NCBI GenBank assembly: GCA_963422205.2
Contig: CAXMWX010000005.1
Span: 448,001-512,000, forward strand
Length of the DNA stretch: 64,000 nucleotides
From: Gammaproteobacteria bacterium
GTDB lineage: Bacteria > Pseudomonadota > Gammaproteobacteria > Eutrophobiales > Eutrophobiaceae
Reading direction: 5' to 3'
Part shown: in pieces, positions 47,427-57,560 of the stretch
How the letters are laid out: the number at the start of each line of letters is the position of its first letter
Position numbering within the stretch: position 1 is the first letter of the stretch
Notes under the pieces: model-generated
The model's input: only the letters and a program-made list of their open reading frames with translations
Database searches by the model: none
Told to the model about the DNA's origin: nothing
Position numbers and translations under genes: made by a program

Positions 47427-49181
47427 ATGCCGCCACACCACAAAGCCATCATCGCACAAAGCGCCGAGCTTATTTATGATGGTTTCCGCAAATACAATGA
47501 CGGGTTTAAACGCATCACCGATCGTGCCCGGCGGCGCTTTGAGGAGATGGACTGGGCCGCCCATCAACAGGATATTGTCGACCGGGTCGATCTGTATGAA
47601 CAATCTGTCTGTCGGCTCGTACTGACCTTACGCAAGCAGCTAGGCCACCAGGTCAACGATCATCGGCTGTGGCATGATATACGCTGGTATTTCGGCGAGC
47701 GTGTAGAGAACGTGCCTGATTCGGGGTTCATGAAGACGTTTTTTAACTCAACCAGCAGGCGAATTTTCAATACCACCGGCACCGACCCGGAAGTCGAATT
47801 CGTCTCACCCGCCCCGGATGAGGGCTTTAACCCGATGGACTCCCTCACCTTGAACCGCTATCCCCACTGGGGTTTGATGCAAGTCACCTGCAGCAAGATC
47901 CTTAAAGACTACGCCTTTGAGGTGCCGTATCACAACCTGGCGGCTGATGTCATGGCGATTGGCAGGCAGCTTGATGATTTTCATCAGAGCGATCTTGATG
48001 AGTTCGGCGATATACTCCGGTTTGAATTTATTGATTCGGCTTTTTTTCAATCAGCACGTGCCTATCTTATCGGCAGAATCATACAGCAGGACAAGATCAA
48101 TCCGATTGTGATTGCGTTAAAAAATGACAAGAACGGCATCAGTGTTGATGCGGTATTGTTGTCTGAAGAGCAGGTGAGCATCGTCTTCAGCTACACCCGC
48201 TCGTATTATTTCGCTAATCCGCATTCTGTTATCGGTGCGGTGCATTTTCTGCATTCCATTCTGCCGGAAAAACCCATCGATGAGTTGTATACGGTACTGG
48301 GTCGACTGCGTCAGGGCAAAACTGAACGCTACCGGATCTTCAGTCATCACCTGAACCATACGGATGATAAATTCGTACATGCGGCGGGCGACAAAGGGCT
48401 GGTCATGATCGTCTTTACCCTGCCCTGCTATAACCTGGTCTTTAAAATTATCCGAGACAGATTTGGCTATCCGAAGACGATCAGCCGGGCTGATGTGCTG
48501 GATAAATACAAGCTGGTTTCCAAACATGACCGGGCCGGCCGTCTTATCGACACACAGGAATTCCGTAACCTGGCATTTCCAACGCGCCGGTTTGCCGCCC
48601 CTCTGCTGGAGGAGTTAATCAGCGAGGCTAAGGATACGGTCACGGTGGCGGCCGATAAAGTCATTATCGATCATGTCTATATTGAACGCCGGGTCAGGCC
48701 GCTTAATCTTTATATCCGTGAGGCAAGCAAACCTGACGCTGAGCAGGCCATTATTGATTATGGCATGGCCATCCGGGAACTGGCCGCCACGAATATTTTT
48801 CCGGGTGATTTGTTACTGAAAAATTTTGGCGTGACACGGCACAGAAGAGTGGTGTTTTATGATTACGATGAGGTCGCACTGGTAACGGAATGCAAATTTC
48901 GAGAGCTGCCGAACACAAAGGATGAAGCCGATATCATGCGCTCTGAATCCTGGTTTCATGTCAACACCAATGACATCTTCCCCGAAGAGTTTATCAAGTT
49001 CCTGGCGCTGGATGATCATCTGTGCAAGCTGTTCCTGACACACCATGCTGATCTGCTAACAGCCGACTACTGGCGTAAAATGAAAAAAACCCATCTACAG
49101 GGACAGGTGTCTATGATCATCCCCTATGCCAGACATGCGGCTCGTGCTAAGACAGTCATGCCTGACAGGCAAGCCTCCTGA
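47427..49181 (+). CDS. aceK: Isocitrate dehydrogenase kinase/phosphatase
   Basis: GKTERYR, GDKGLVMIVFT, VFKIIRDRF, HDRAGRLIDTQEF, IFPGDLLLKNFGVTRHRRVVFYDYDE. Confidence 0.93.
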   Translation: MPPHHKAIIAQSAELIYDGFRKYNDGFKRITDRARRRFEEMDWAAHQQDIVDRVDLYEQSVCRLVLTLRKQLGHQVNDHRLWHDIRWYFGERVENVPDSGFMKTFFNSTSRRIFNTTGTDPEVEFVSPAPDEGFNPMDSLTLNRYPHWGLMQVTCSKILKDYAFEVPYHNLAADVMAIGRQLDDFHQSDLDEFGDILRFEFIDSAFFQSARAYLIGRIIQQDKINPIVIALKNDKNGISVDAVLLSEEQVSIVFSYTRSYYFANPHSVIGAVHFLHSILPEKPIDELYTVLGRLRQGKTERYRIFSHHLNHTDDKFVHAAGDKGLVMIVFTLPCYNLVFKIIRDRFGYPKTISRADVLDKYKLVSKHDRAGRLIDTQEFRNLAFPTRRFAAPLLEELISEAKDTVTVAADKVIIDHVYIERRVRPLNLYIREASKPDAEQAIIDYGMAIRELAATNIFPGDLLLKNFGVTRHRRVVFYDYDEVALVTECKFRELPNTKDEADIMRSESWFHVNTNDIFPEEFIKFLALDDHLCKLFLTHHADLLTADYWRKMKKTHLQGQVSMIIPYARHAARAKTVMPDRQAS

Positions 49182-49187
49182 ACCGAC

Positions 49188-50213
49188 ATGCACCCGCCAC
49201 TGGCCGATAAAAACACGCACTGTCTGCTGCTCATGACACTGCTGCTGTGTGCTGCCTGCGGTGAGCGGGCAGCACTACCAATAGCCAGTGAAATACACGG
49301 CATCACCATGGGCACCCGCTACAGCATCCACATCAATGCACCTGAATTACCGCGGGATAAGCATGCCCTGCACCAGGCAATCAATACCTTGTTAGCCGCC
49401 CTCAACCACACCTTGTCCACCTATATTGAAGACTCCGAATTAATGCAACTGAACAATAATGTATCCCGTGATTGGGTAAGGCTCAGCCCGGCTTTGTATA
49501 CGGTCATTGAAACGGCACAACATATCAGTCGGTTGAGTCATGGCAGCTTCGATATAACAGTTGGCCCGATGATCAACCTGTGGGGGTTTGGCAGGCAGCC
49601 GCAACAGCAAATTCCTGATCAGGCACTGCTTGAGAGGATAAAACCACGCGCTGGCTATACCCTGCTTGAACTGGATCAGGATCGCCTGGCGATTCGCAGG
49701 GGCCGTGCCGATATGTTTATCGATCTGTCAGCGATCGCCAAAGGGTATGCGGTTGACCGGATTGCTGAGTGGCTGGATGAGCAGCATATTGATAACTACC
49801 TGGTGGAGATAGGCGGTGAGATACGTGCTAAGGGGAGAAACCACCGCGGCGTTGCCTGGCAGATTGGTATCGAAAAACCGCACAGCGACAGCCGGGCAGT
49901 GCAGCGTGTTATCCGCCTTGAGAATATGGCCATGGCGACCTCCGGTGATTACCGGAATTTTTTCACGTTCCAGGGCCGGCGCTATTCACATGCGATCGAT
50001 CCCAAAACCGCACAGCCTGTCAACCATAATCTGGTGTCCGTGACCGTATTACACCCATCCTGTATGCTGGCAGATGCCTTTGCCACGGCTATCCTGATAG
50101 CAGGCCCCACACAAGGCATGCAATTAGCCGAACAACACAACCTATCAGCCTTGCTGATCTCAACCAGTGCGGATGGCTTTATTGAGCGAGAGAGTTCGGC
50201 CTGGCAACAATGA
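49188..50213 (+). CDS. apbE: FAD:protein FMN transferase lipoprotein
   Basis: Lipobox-like LCAAC, TMGT, FDITVGP, DLSAIAKGYAVD, EIGGE, ATSGDYRN, ADAFATA. Confidence 0.92.
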   Translation: MHPPLADKNTHCLLLMTLLLCAACGERAALPIASEIHGITMGTRYSIHINAPELPRDKHALHQAINTLLAALNHTLSTYIEDSELMQLNNNVSRDWVRLSPALYTVIETAQHISRLSHGSFDITVGPMINLWGFGRQPQQQIPDQALLERIKPRAGYTLLELDQDRLAIRRGRADMFIDLSAIAKGYAVDRIAEWLDEQHIDNYLVEIGGEIRAKGRNHRGVAWQIGIEKPHSDSRAVQRVIRLENMAMATSGDYRNFFTFQGRRYSHAIDPKTAQPVNHNLVSVTVLHPSCMLADAFATAILIAGPTQGMQLAEQHNLSALLISTSADGFIERESSAWQQ

Positions 50214-50358
50214 TGGAAACCCTGGCGTTATTGTTTATACTGGCTTTATTGCTGGTATTCCGGCATGACAGCCTGAGGTGCAGAAGGCGTGCAACCGCAC
50301 GGTGCAAGGCGACAGGCAGAAAAGATTCGAAACACTCAGCCAGCCGGAGATAAAGACC

Positions 50359-50841
50359 ATGCCGTCATTTGATGTCGTATCAGAAATCGATCACCATGAA
50401 CTCACCAATGCCATCGATCAGGTAAATCGGGAGATCAGTAATCGATTCGACTTTAAAGGCACAGACGCTCGCATAGCGCAGGAGCAGAACAGACTGACAC
50501 TGATCGCCCCATCAGAATTTCAAGTGCAGCAGATCAAGGATATTTTACAAACCCGGTTAGCTAAACGGGACATTGATGTGCAGTGTTTATCAGCAGGTGA
50601 GATACGAGAGACAAATCAAGAAGCAAGGCAAGATATTATCGTACAGGAAGGGATAAACAAAGCGCTGGCGAGGGAAATTGTTAAGCTCATCAAGACCACG
50701 AAACGGAAAGTGCAAAGCAGCATTCAGGGAGATCAGGTTCGCATCAGCGGGAAAAAACGTGACGACCTGCAAGCCATCATCGGCTTTCTGAAGCAACAGA
50801 AATTCGACCTGCCGCTGCAATTCATCAATTTTCGTGACTAG
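50359..50841 (+). CDS. yajQ: YajQ family nucleotide/c-di-GMP binding protein
   Basis: MPSFDVVSE...NRFDFKG...IQGDQVRISGKKRDDLQ...QFINFRD; GGAG RBS. Confidence 0.95.
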   Translation: MPSFDVVSEIDHHELTNAIDQVNREISNRFDFKGTDARIAQEQNRLTLIAPSEFQVQQIKDILQTRLAKRDIDVQCLSAGEIRETNQEARQDIIVQEGINKALAREIVKLIKTTKRKVQSSIQGDQVRISGKKRDDLQAIIGFLKQQKFDLPLQFINFRD

Positions 50842-50872
50842 ACCGGTAGCTGCTTATGATTGAGAGCGCAAG

Positions 50873-51523
50873 ATGAACAAACGCCTTATTGTTAATGGCC
50901 TGGGGCTGGCTGTACTGATGTTACTGGCACTGGGGTTGGGAGTCTACAGCGCCCATCGGCAGGCTGAACAACAGATCACCGCCCGCCCGATACCGGGCAT
51001 GTTATGGCCAAATCCGAAGACCATTCATCCCTTCACCGTGATTGATCACAGCAATCAGGCATTCGGCCGGGAGCAGATCATCTCCAAGTGGTCGTTTATG
51101 TTTTTTGGCTATACGAATTGTCCGGATATCTGCCCTGTGACGCTGGCATTGATGAGTCAGGTATATAAAAAACTTGCGAATATGAATCAGCTCGATCAGG
51201 TGCAGACCTTGTTTGTATCGGTTGATCCAGAGCGCGACAGCAGCGAAAAACTGGCACAGTATGTTAGCTATTTTAATCCTGACTTTATTGGCCTGGGTGG
51301 CAGCCAGCAGCAGATAGATGCATTGACCTCACAACTTGGCGTACCTTATTACCGGCACAAAACAGATACTGATACAGAACACTATCTGGTCGATCACAGT
51401 GGCTCTTTGTTTATCTCAGACCCCGCCGGGCGGCTGGTGGCGATCCTGTCAACACCCCATGATGCAGATGAGATTGCCAACCGGTTTGTTGCGATCAAAA
51501 AATTTATCGAGGCACAAAGCTGA
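50873..51523 (+). CDS. SCO family copper chaperone
   Basis: N-terminal TM segment, FFGYTNCPDICP, SVDPERD, YLVDHS. Confidence 0.9.
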   Translation: MNKRLIVNGLGLAVLMLLALGLGVYSAHRQAEQQITARPIPGMLWPNPKTIHPFTVIDHSNQAFGREQIISKWSFMFFGYTNCPDICPVTLALMSQVYKKLANMNQLDQVQTLFVSVDPERDSSEKLAQYVSYFNPDFIGLGGSQQQIDALTSQLGVPYYRHKTDTDTEHYLVDHSGSLFISDPAGRLVAILSTPHDADEIANRFVAIKKFIEAQS

Positions 51524-51945
51524 TGCGTTGCCTGGTTATCTTTTTAACTTTGCTGTTCAGTCTGCATGGTCAGGCGGAGATGGATGTGATCATCAAAAAC
51601 GCCTGGATTAAGGAATCACCGCCCGGGGTAGAAGTCAATGCCGCTTATATGGACATACACAATAACAGTGACCGAGAGAGTGTGTTGATAGCCGCACAAA
51701 GCCCGGACTTTGCCGCCATTGAAATTCACAGGACTGTTATCGAGCAGGGGAAGGCCCGTATGCAGCGACATACCTCGATCGCCATTCCGGCAGGTGCTGT
51801 GCTTTCGCTCGCCCCCGGTTCCTGGCATCTGATGTTGTTCAGACCAAGGCAGGCAGTCAGGCATGGGGCAGCTATTGATTTGTCGCTGCAATTTGCGGAT
51901 GGCACAAGCACATCACTCACCTTGCCGGTGTATAAGTATCCATAA
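51523..51945 (+). CDS. Periplasmic copper chaperone PCu(A)C
   Basis: Signal peptide, AAYMDI, EIHRT...ARM, LAPGSWHLML; translationally coupled to the SCO gene. Confidence 0.88.
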   Translation: MRCLVIFLTLLFSLHGQAEMDVIIKNAWIKESPPGVEVNAAYMDIHNNSDRESVLIAAQSPDFAAIEIHRTVIEQGKARMQRHTSIAIPAGAVLSLAPGSWHLMLFRPRQAVRHGAAIDLSLQFADGTSTSLTLPVYKYP

Positions 51946-51975
51946 ACGCTAACACCGCATCAAGCACCGCAAGAC

Positions 51976-52845
51976 ATGCATGATACATGCAAAATATGGC
52001 TACAGTATGTTATTCCACAGCATTTTTTATCGCTGCTGATGTTCTCGTTAACGCACTGGCGCTGGCGTCTCTGGAAAAACACCCTGATTAACTTTGTGAT
52101 AAAAAAATATCAGGTAGACATGACGATAGCCGAATATGCAAAGGCGGATGAGTATGTTCATTTTAACGCATTTTTTACCCGTCGCTTAAAGCCGGATGCA
52201 AGGCCAGTGAATACTGAGACCGGCAGCATCATCTCGCCAGTTGATGCGCTCATCAGTGCGGCAGGTCGCATCGATGGGGAAACCATTTACCAGGCCAAGG
52301 CCAGGCAGTATAGCCTCAATGCCCTGCTCGCCTCTGAACAAAGCCTGTTGCCGCATTACACGGATGGCGATTTTGCCACCCTGTATTTATCCCCGTCCGA
52401 CTATCACCGCATACACATGCCGATAGACGGCGAACTGGAAAGCATGATTTATGTGCCGGGCTGCCTGTTCTCCGTCAACGCCCTGACGACAAAACATGTG
52501 GATGCCTTGTTTGCCAGAAACGAGAGAGTGATCTGTACATTTAATACGGCTGCAGGAAAAGTATCGCTCATCATGATTGCAGCGATCTTCGTTGGCGGCA
52601 TGACCACCATCTGGCATGGGCAAATCACACCAGGCAAGGGAGATCAGATACAACGCTGCTACTACACTGACAAACCGCCTGCCTTACCAAAAGGTGCAGA
52701 AATGGGACGCTTCAACATGGGATCAACGGTGATCATGCTGCTGGAGAGAGACCGCATCAACTGGAGCCAGCAGATGCAGGCGGGTAACTGGTTGGCGATG
52801 GGCAGCAAGATAGGCGAGTTTTTACCAGCGCCAAACTCTGAATGA
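51976..52845 (+). CDS. psd: Phosphatidylserine decarboxylase
   Basis: FNAFFTRRLK, YLSPSDYHRIHMP, ARNER, self-cleavage motif FNMGSTV. Confidence 0.93.
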   Translation: MHDTCKIWLQYVIPQHFLSLLMFSLTHWRWRLWKNTLINFVIKKYQVDMTIAEYAKADEYVHFNAFFTRRLKPDARPVNTETGSIISPVDALISAAGRIDGETIYQAKARQYSLNALLASEQSLLPHYTDGDFATLYLSPSDYHRIHMPIDGELESMIYVPGCLFSVNALTTKHVDALFARNERVICTFNTAAGKVSLIMIAAIFVGGMTTIWHGQITPGKGDQIQRCYYTDKPPALPKGAEMGRFNMGSTVIMLLERDRINWSQQMQAGNWLAMGSKIGEFLPAPNSE

Positions 52846-52871
52846 ATTTCTTTATCACTACCTGTGCCTCG

Positions 52872-52995
52872 TCAACAGCTTAATAGCTTTAAGGAGTAAA
52901 GCATGGTAGCCGTTGCCGCCGAGCCACACGAAAAATCCTCATCCTGTTTTTCAATATCGCTATCCCGTAAATCTTTCCCTGTTTTTACAGGCAGG
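52872..52995 (-). pseudogene. C39 peptidase remnant
   Basis: PVKTGKDLRDSDIEKQDEDFSCGSAATATML carries the Q-x5-CG-xA catalytic motif, then terminates. Confidence 0.6.
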
Positions 52996-53010
52996 TTGCC
53001 CGCTGGTACG

Positions 53011-53316
53011 CTATTTAAGATAGTGCCGTAACTGGTAGCGATAAATAAATCCCGGTACCGACAAGATGAGAAACAAAAAGAAAGACACCCAGTAAAATTC
53101 CCAATCCTGGCGATGTATTTCACCGGTCATCTTCCGTTCAACCCCAATGGCGATAAACCCCATCAGGCAATACAACATGGGGATCTCCAATAAACACATC
53201 CAGACTTTTTTCTTACCTGATGCTGGCTTGATAAAAAACACAAACCGCTCGGTAAACCAAGGAATGTTGGCCAGGACAAAGGCCAGCAAGACCAGCAGCC
53301 ATGCCACATCAGGCAT
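53011..53316 (-). CDS. DUF2818-like small membrane protein downstream of nuoN
   Basis: ANIPWFTER...QDWEFYWV...PGFIYRY; typical position after nuoN. Confidence 0.8.
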   Translation of the reverse strand: MPDVAWLLVLLAFVLANIPWFTERFVFFIKPASGKKKVWMCLLEIPMLYCLMGFIAIGVERKMTGEIHRQDWEFYWVSFFLFLILSVPGFIYRYQLRHYLK

Positions 53317-53367
53317 CGCTATATTGCCGACCTGTCAAGGGCAGGGTCACACAAGCCAGGCAGGGCG

Positions 53368-54819
53368 CTAAAAGCCTAGCGCACGAGTGCAAAGTGCCAT
53401 CAGCCACCCTGGCATCAGCCCAAATGCGACTAACAACAGACCATTGACACTCATCACGATACGCACCGGCCGGCTGGCCTTGAGCGCTGTCAGGTGTTCC
53501 GGTTTATCAAAATACATCAATTTGATGATGCGTAGATAATAGTAAGCGCCGATGACCGAAAACGCCACCGCCAGGCCCGCCAGCCAGACATGGCCGATAG
53601 CGATCACCTCCTTGATCACAAACCACTTTGCCCAGAAACCGGCAAGCGGCGGAACGCCCGCCATGGAAAACATCAACACCAGCATGATAAAGGCAAACCA
53701 GGGACTGCGCTCAGCCAGCCCCTTAAAATCATCAATGTTATTCGCTTCATGATCTTTTCTGCCCAGCAGGATCACCATGCCAAAGGCGCCCATGCTCATC
53801 ACCGCATAGACGATCACATAGAACATGGCACCAGCATAACCGTAACCCACCTCGGTTTGCATCCCCGGCAATAAACCTAAAATAAGAAACCCGATATGGG
53901 CAATCGCCGAATAGGCCAGCATACGTTTGATATTCGTTTGCGAGATGGCGATGATATTACCCGCCGCCATGGACAAGACCGACAAGATAATCAACATACC
54001 CTGCCAGTCCAGATGCAGGGGCTGCATACCCACTGTCAGCAGGCGGATGGCCATCGCCAGTGCGGCAATCTTTGGTGCCGTGGCAATAAATAACGTGACA
54101 GCAGTGGGCGCACCTTCATACACATCAGGCACCCACATGTGAAAGGGTACCGCACCTAACTTAAAGCCGATACCGACCACCACGAAGACCAAGCCGAAGG
54201 TCAGGAGTAAATTAAACTCGGACTGATCGCTGATGATGCTGGCGAGCTCTGGCAGTACCAGGGTCCCGGAGACGCCGTAGAGTATCGAGATGCCGTATAA
54301 CAGCATGCCCGAGGCCAGGGCGCCCAGAACAAAATATTTCATGGCAGCTTCCGGGGCGGTGTATGAATCTCTGTGCATCGCCACCATGGCATATAAAGAC
54401 AGCGATAATAATTCCAGCCCCAGATAGATTGTCAGCAAGGTGTGGGCGGACACCATGATCAGCATACCCAGCACGGCAAACAGACCAAGGATAAAATATT
54501 CGCCCTGCAACAGGCCGTGCTCACGAAAATAATCATAAGAATAAAAGAACACAACGACAGAGATGAGGCAAATACTGATCTTCAATAAGGTACTTAAGGG
54601 ATCGGCGATAAAATTCTGGCTGAATGCCAGGCTCGCCGTCTCCGGGCTGCCGTAGTAAACCAGCACGGCGATGACAATCAGCGTGGCCTGTACTGACCAG
54701 TAAGTCAGGCTTCGGTCAGGGTCTTTGGAAAACGCATCAACCAGTAAAATAACACAGGCCAGACACAACAAGACCAGCTCCGGCAGCAACAAGGCGATTT
54801 GTGCGTTTAATGGCATCAC
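53368..54819 (-). CDS. nuoN: NADH-quinone oxidoreductase subunit N
   Basis: EAAMKYFVLGA, FKLGAVPFHMWVPDVYEGAP, KRMLAYSAIAH, AGVPPLAGF. Confidence 0.95.
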   Translation of the reverse strand: MMPLNAQIALLLPELVLLCLACVILLVDAFSKDPDRSLTYWSVQATLIVIAVLVYYGSPETASLAFSQNFIADPLSTLLKISICLISVVVFFYSYDYFREHGLLQGEYFILGLFAVLGMLIMVSAHTLLTIYLGLELLSLSLYAMVAMHRDSYTAPEAAMKYFVLGALASGMLLYGISILYGVSGTLVLPELASIISDQSEFNLLLTFGLVFVVVGIGFKLGAVPFHMWVPDVYEGAPTAVTLFIATAPKIAALAMAIRLLTVGMQPLHLDWQGMLIILSVLSMAAGNIIAISQTNIKRMLAYSAIAHIGFLILGLLPGMQTEVGYGYAGAMFYVIVYAVMSMGAFGMVILLGRKDHEANNIDDFKGLAERSPWFAFIMLVLMFSMAGVPPLAGFWAKWFVIKEVIAIGHVWLAGLAVAFSVIGAYYYLRIIKLMYFDKPEHLTALKASRPVRIVMSVNGLLLVAFGLMPGWLMALCTRALGF

Positions 54820-56336
54820 TGGCCCAACTTGGTTTGCAGGATGTGCGCCACCAGATGTTCAACACTGGCATGCATAAGGTCAAAAATCGGCGCTGGCCAG
54901 ATGCCGAACAACAACACGACAAACGCCAGGGCGCCCAGGATAAATCCCTCACGGCCATCGATATCCTTCAGCCCGGCAACCGTATCATTCGCCACCTCGC
55001 CAAAGATAACGCGCTTGTACATCCAGAGCGTATAAGCAGCGCCCAGTATCAATATGGAGGCGGCCAGCAAGGCGACCCAGAGGCTCGCCTGGAAGCTGCT
55101 CAGGATGACTAGAAACTCGCCCACGAAGCCCGAGGTACCTGGCAGACCGGCATTCGCCATGGCGAATACCATCATAAACGCAGCGAACACCGGCATGGTG
55201 TTGGCCACGCCGCCATAAGCGCTGATATCGCGGCTGTGCACGCGGTCATACATGACGCCAACGCACAAAAACAGGGCCGCCGAAATAAAGCCATGCGAGA
55301 TCATCTGCATCATGGCGCCCTCCAGCCCCATGCTGACGCCGGCGGTTTGTTGCGTGGCGGCGAACACGGAAAAGCCAACGAAGAAGCCCAGCGTAACGAA
55401 ACCCATGTGCGAGATGGATGAGTAGGCGATCAGTTTCTTCATGTCCTGCTGCACCAGCGCCACAAAGCCGATATAGACGATCGCAATCAGGGACAGGACG
55501 ATCATCAGGGTATCGAAGGCCAGGGCGGCATCCGGCGTGATCGGCAGGCTGAAGCGAATAAAGCCGTACCCCCCCATTTTTAACATGATGGCGGCAAGGA
55601 TCACCGAGCCGCCCGTTGGCGCCTCTACGTGGGCATCCGGCAGCCAGGTATGCACCGGCCACATGGGTATCTTCACCGCAAAAGCGAGCAGAAAGGCGAT
55701 AAAGATCAGTTTTTGCGCCTGTAGTGATAAAGGCAGATAGTGCAAATCCAGAATATAAAAACTGCCTATTCTGGTGTACATGTACAACAGGGCAACCAGC
55801 ATAAACACCGAGCCCAGAAAGGTGTAGAGAAAAAACTTCACCGTGGCGTAGACGCGCCTGGGGCCACCCCAGATGCCGATGATCAGAAACATCGGGATCA
55901 GCATGGCCTCCCAGAAGAAATAAAACAGGATGGCGTCAAGAGAAGCGAACACCCCGATCATCATCCCCTCCAGGATGAGAAATGCCGCCAGGTACTGCGA
56001 TAGACGGGTTTGGATCGCCTCCCAGCCTGCCAGTATGACCAGCACGGTGGTAAATGTGGTCAGTAAAATCAACGGCACGGCAAAACCATCAACGCCCAGA
56101 TGATAATGGATGTTAAAGGTGTCAATCCAACGGGCATATTCCCTGAACTGCATGACATGCGTGGTGGTATCAAAACGCAAATACAGCAGCGTGGATAATA
56201 AAAACACCAGCACGGAAATCGCCAGCGCCAGCCACCTGACCGTTTGCCCCTGCCGGTCACCAGCATATAGCACAAAGACACCGCCCAGTATGGGTGCCCA
56301 TATCAACAGACTCAAAATCGGTAGGGATTGTTGCAT
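54816..56336 (-). CDS. nuoM: NADH-quinone oxidoreductase subunit M
   Basis: YHLGVDG, FWEAMLIPM, KIPMWPVHTWLPDAHVEAPT, KKLIAYSSISHM. Confidence 0.95.
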   Translation of the reverse strand: MQQSLPILSLLIWAPILGGVFVLYAGDRQGQTVRWLALAISVLVFLLSTLLYLRFDTTTHVMQFREYARWIDTFNIHYHLGVDGFAVPLILLTTFTTVLVILAGWEAIQTRLSQYLAAFLILEGMMIGVFASLDAILFYFFWEAMLIPMFLIIGIWGGPRRVYATVKFFLYTFLGSVFMLVALLYMYTRIGSFYILDLHYLPLSLQAQKLIFIAFLLAFAVKIPMWPVHTWLPDAHVEAPTGGSVILAAIMLKMGGYGFIRFSLPITPDAALAFDTLMIVLSLIAIVYIGFVALVQQDMKKLIAYSSISHMGFVTLGFFVGFSVFAATQQTAGVSMGLEGAMMQMISHGFISAALFLCVGVMYDRVHSRDISAYGGVANTMPVFAAFMMVFAMANAGLPGTSGFVGEFLVILSSFQASLWVALLAASILILGAAYTLWMYKRVIFGEVANDTVAGLKDIDGREGFILGALAFVVLLFGIWPAPIFDLMHASVEHLVAHILQTKLGQ

Positions 56337-56471
56337 ATTTTTGTTATCAAAATAGACTTTGATCTATTTCTTTTGAAAGTTACATAAGAAAGTGACCGCC
56401 ATTACCTTGCTGATAACCTGACATTTTGTCTTTCATGGCTGTCCCCCTTTTGGTTTTGATTACCAATCTTT

Positions 56472-57560
56472 TTAGTTACCTTCCTCTAAAATCACCAGTT
56501 GATTCCAACAGCGTTTCAGTTCAAATGGAATTTCCTCATCAGTTTCAACTAGTGCAACATATCTCCTCACGAAGTTATCAGTGCTCTTCATTAGGCGAAG
56601 ATAGTATTTCAGAGTTGATGCGACGCCATTAACGATAACTTGACATCCGAAGCTTTTCCTGATGGATAGAACAAGGTTGGTGATTTTATCCATATCCTTG
56701 ATTTCTTCGTTCGTGCTTAGGATATAGAAGTACTTTATCCCTGCTCCTGATATCTTCTCTTTCAAGCCCTCTATCATTTCAGGCGTGATTAGCTGCTTGT
56801 ATTTTATCTCAACAGCTTCAAATGAATAACCATGCGGATCAAATAATTCTACATCGCCAATTCGCTTTGTTTTTTCATCTGCGCTTGTATGCGACCTCAG
56901 TTCATCCAGTTTACATCCCTTATACTTTGCAACCTCATCGATCAAGCATGAATATGCCGCATACGTGGCTAATACCGGAAGTTTAGAAACCCCGGCCATT
57001 TCACTTTCCCAATGATTATTTACAAGATCAACTATTTCACTGATCTGTTTCCCCAGCGGCATTGCTAAAGTCAACGATGCTTTTTCCGTTCGCCAGTCAA
57101 ATAGTTCACGCAGCATAAATAAGATTGACGATTCGGCATCAACACCGTTTTCAACTTCATCAACCGCATCAAGGAATGCAGATCTCAAAGATACTGGCCG
57201 AATTTTACCTGGATAGTTTTTATCATACGGATGATCTTGCTCAAACGATCTGGTTAGCCAACCCGAACCAGATTGCATGTATGGAAAACTTTCCCGCCTC
57301 AAAAATGGAGTTACTTCTTTTGCATCCATACTCCTTCCAGAAAAACCACCATCCATACTGGCTCTATGTAGACGGATATTCTGCTCCGGCTCTTGATGTT
57401 TTTTCAGAAGCAATGTGATCATAACTGCCAATGCAGCCTTTTGATTACCAGAACAAGCATTCTCTATGATTATGGAAAGGTTACCCCTATGAGCTTTTGA
57501 CAGTCCGAATTTTGTATTAACCGATTGACTCGCTGTTTTCAGTAAGTTATCCAGCATCAT
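56472..57560 (-). CDS. Putative type II restriction endonuclease (PD-(D/E)xK)
   Basis: GDVELFD...FEAVEIK nuclease-like motif, GGFSGRS, GWLTRSFEQ; start overlaps the methyltransferase stop; AAGGA RBS. Confidence 0.7.
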   Translation of the reverse strand: MMLDNLLKTASQSVNTKFGLSKAHRGNLSIIIENACSGNQKAALAVMITLLLKKHQEPEQNIRLHRASMDGGFSGRSMDAKEVTPFLRRESFPYMQSGSGWLTRSFEQDHPYDKNYPGKIRPVSLRSAFLDAVDEVENGVDAESSILFMLRELFDWRTEKASLTLAMPLGKQISEIVDLVNNHWESEMAGVSKLPVLATYAAYSCLIDEVAKYKGCKLDELRSHTSADEKTKRIGDVELFDPHGYSFEAVEIKYKQLITPEMIEGLKEKISGAGIKYFYILSTNEEIKDMDKITNLVLSIRKSFGCQVIVNGVASTLKYYLRLMKSTDNFVRRYVALVETDEEIPFELKRCWNQLVILEEGN

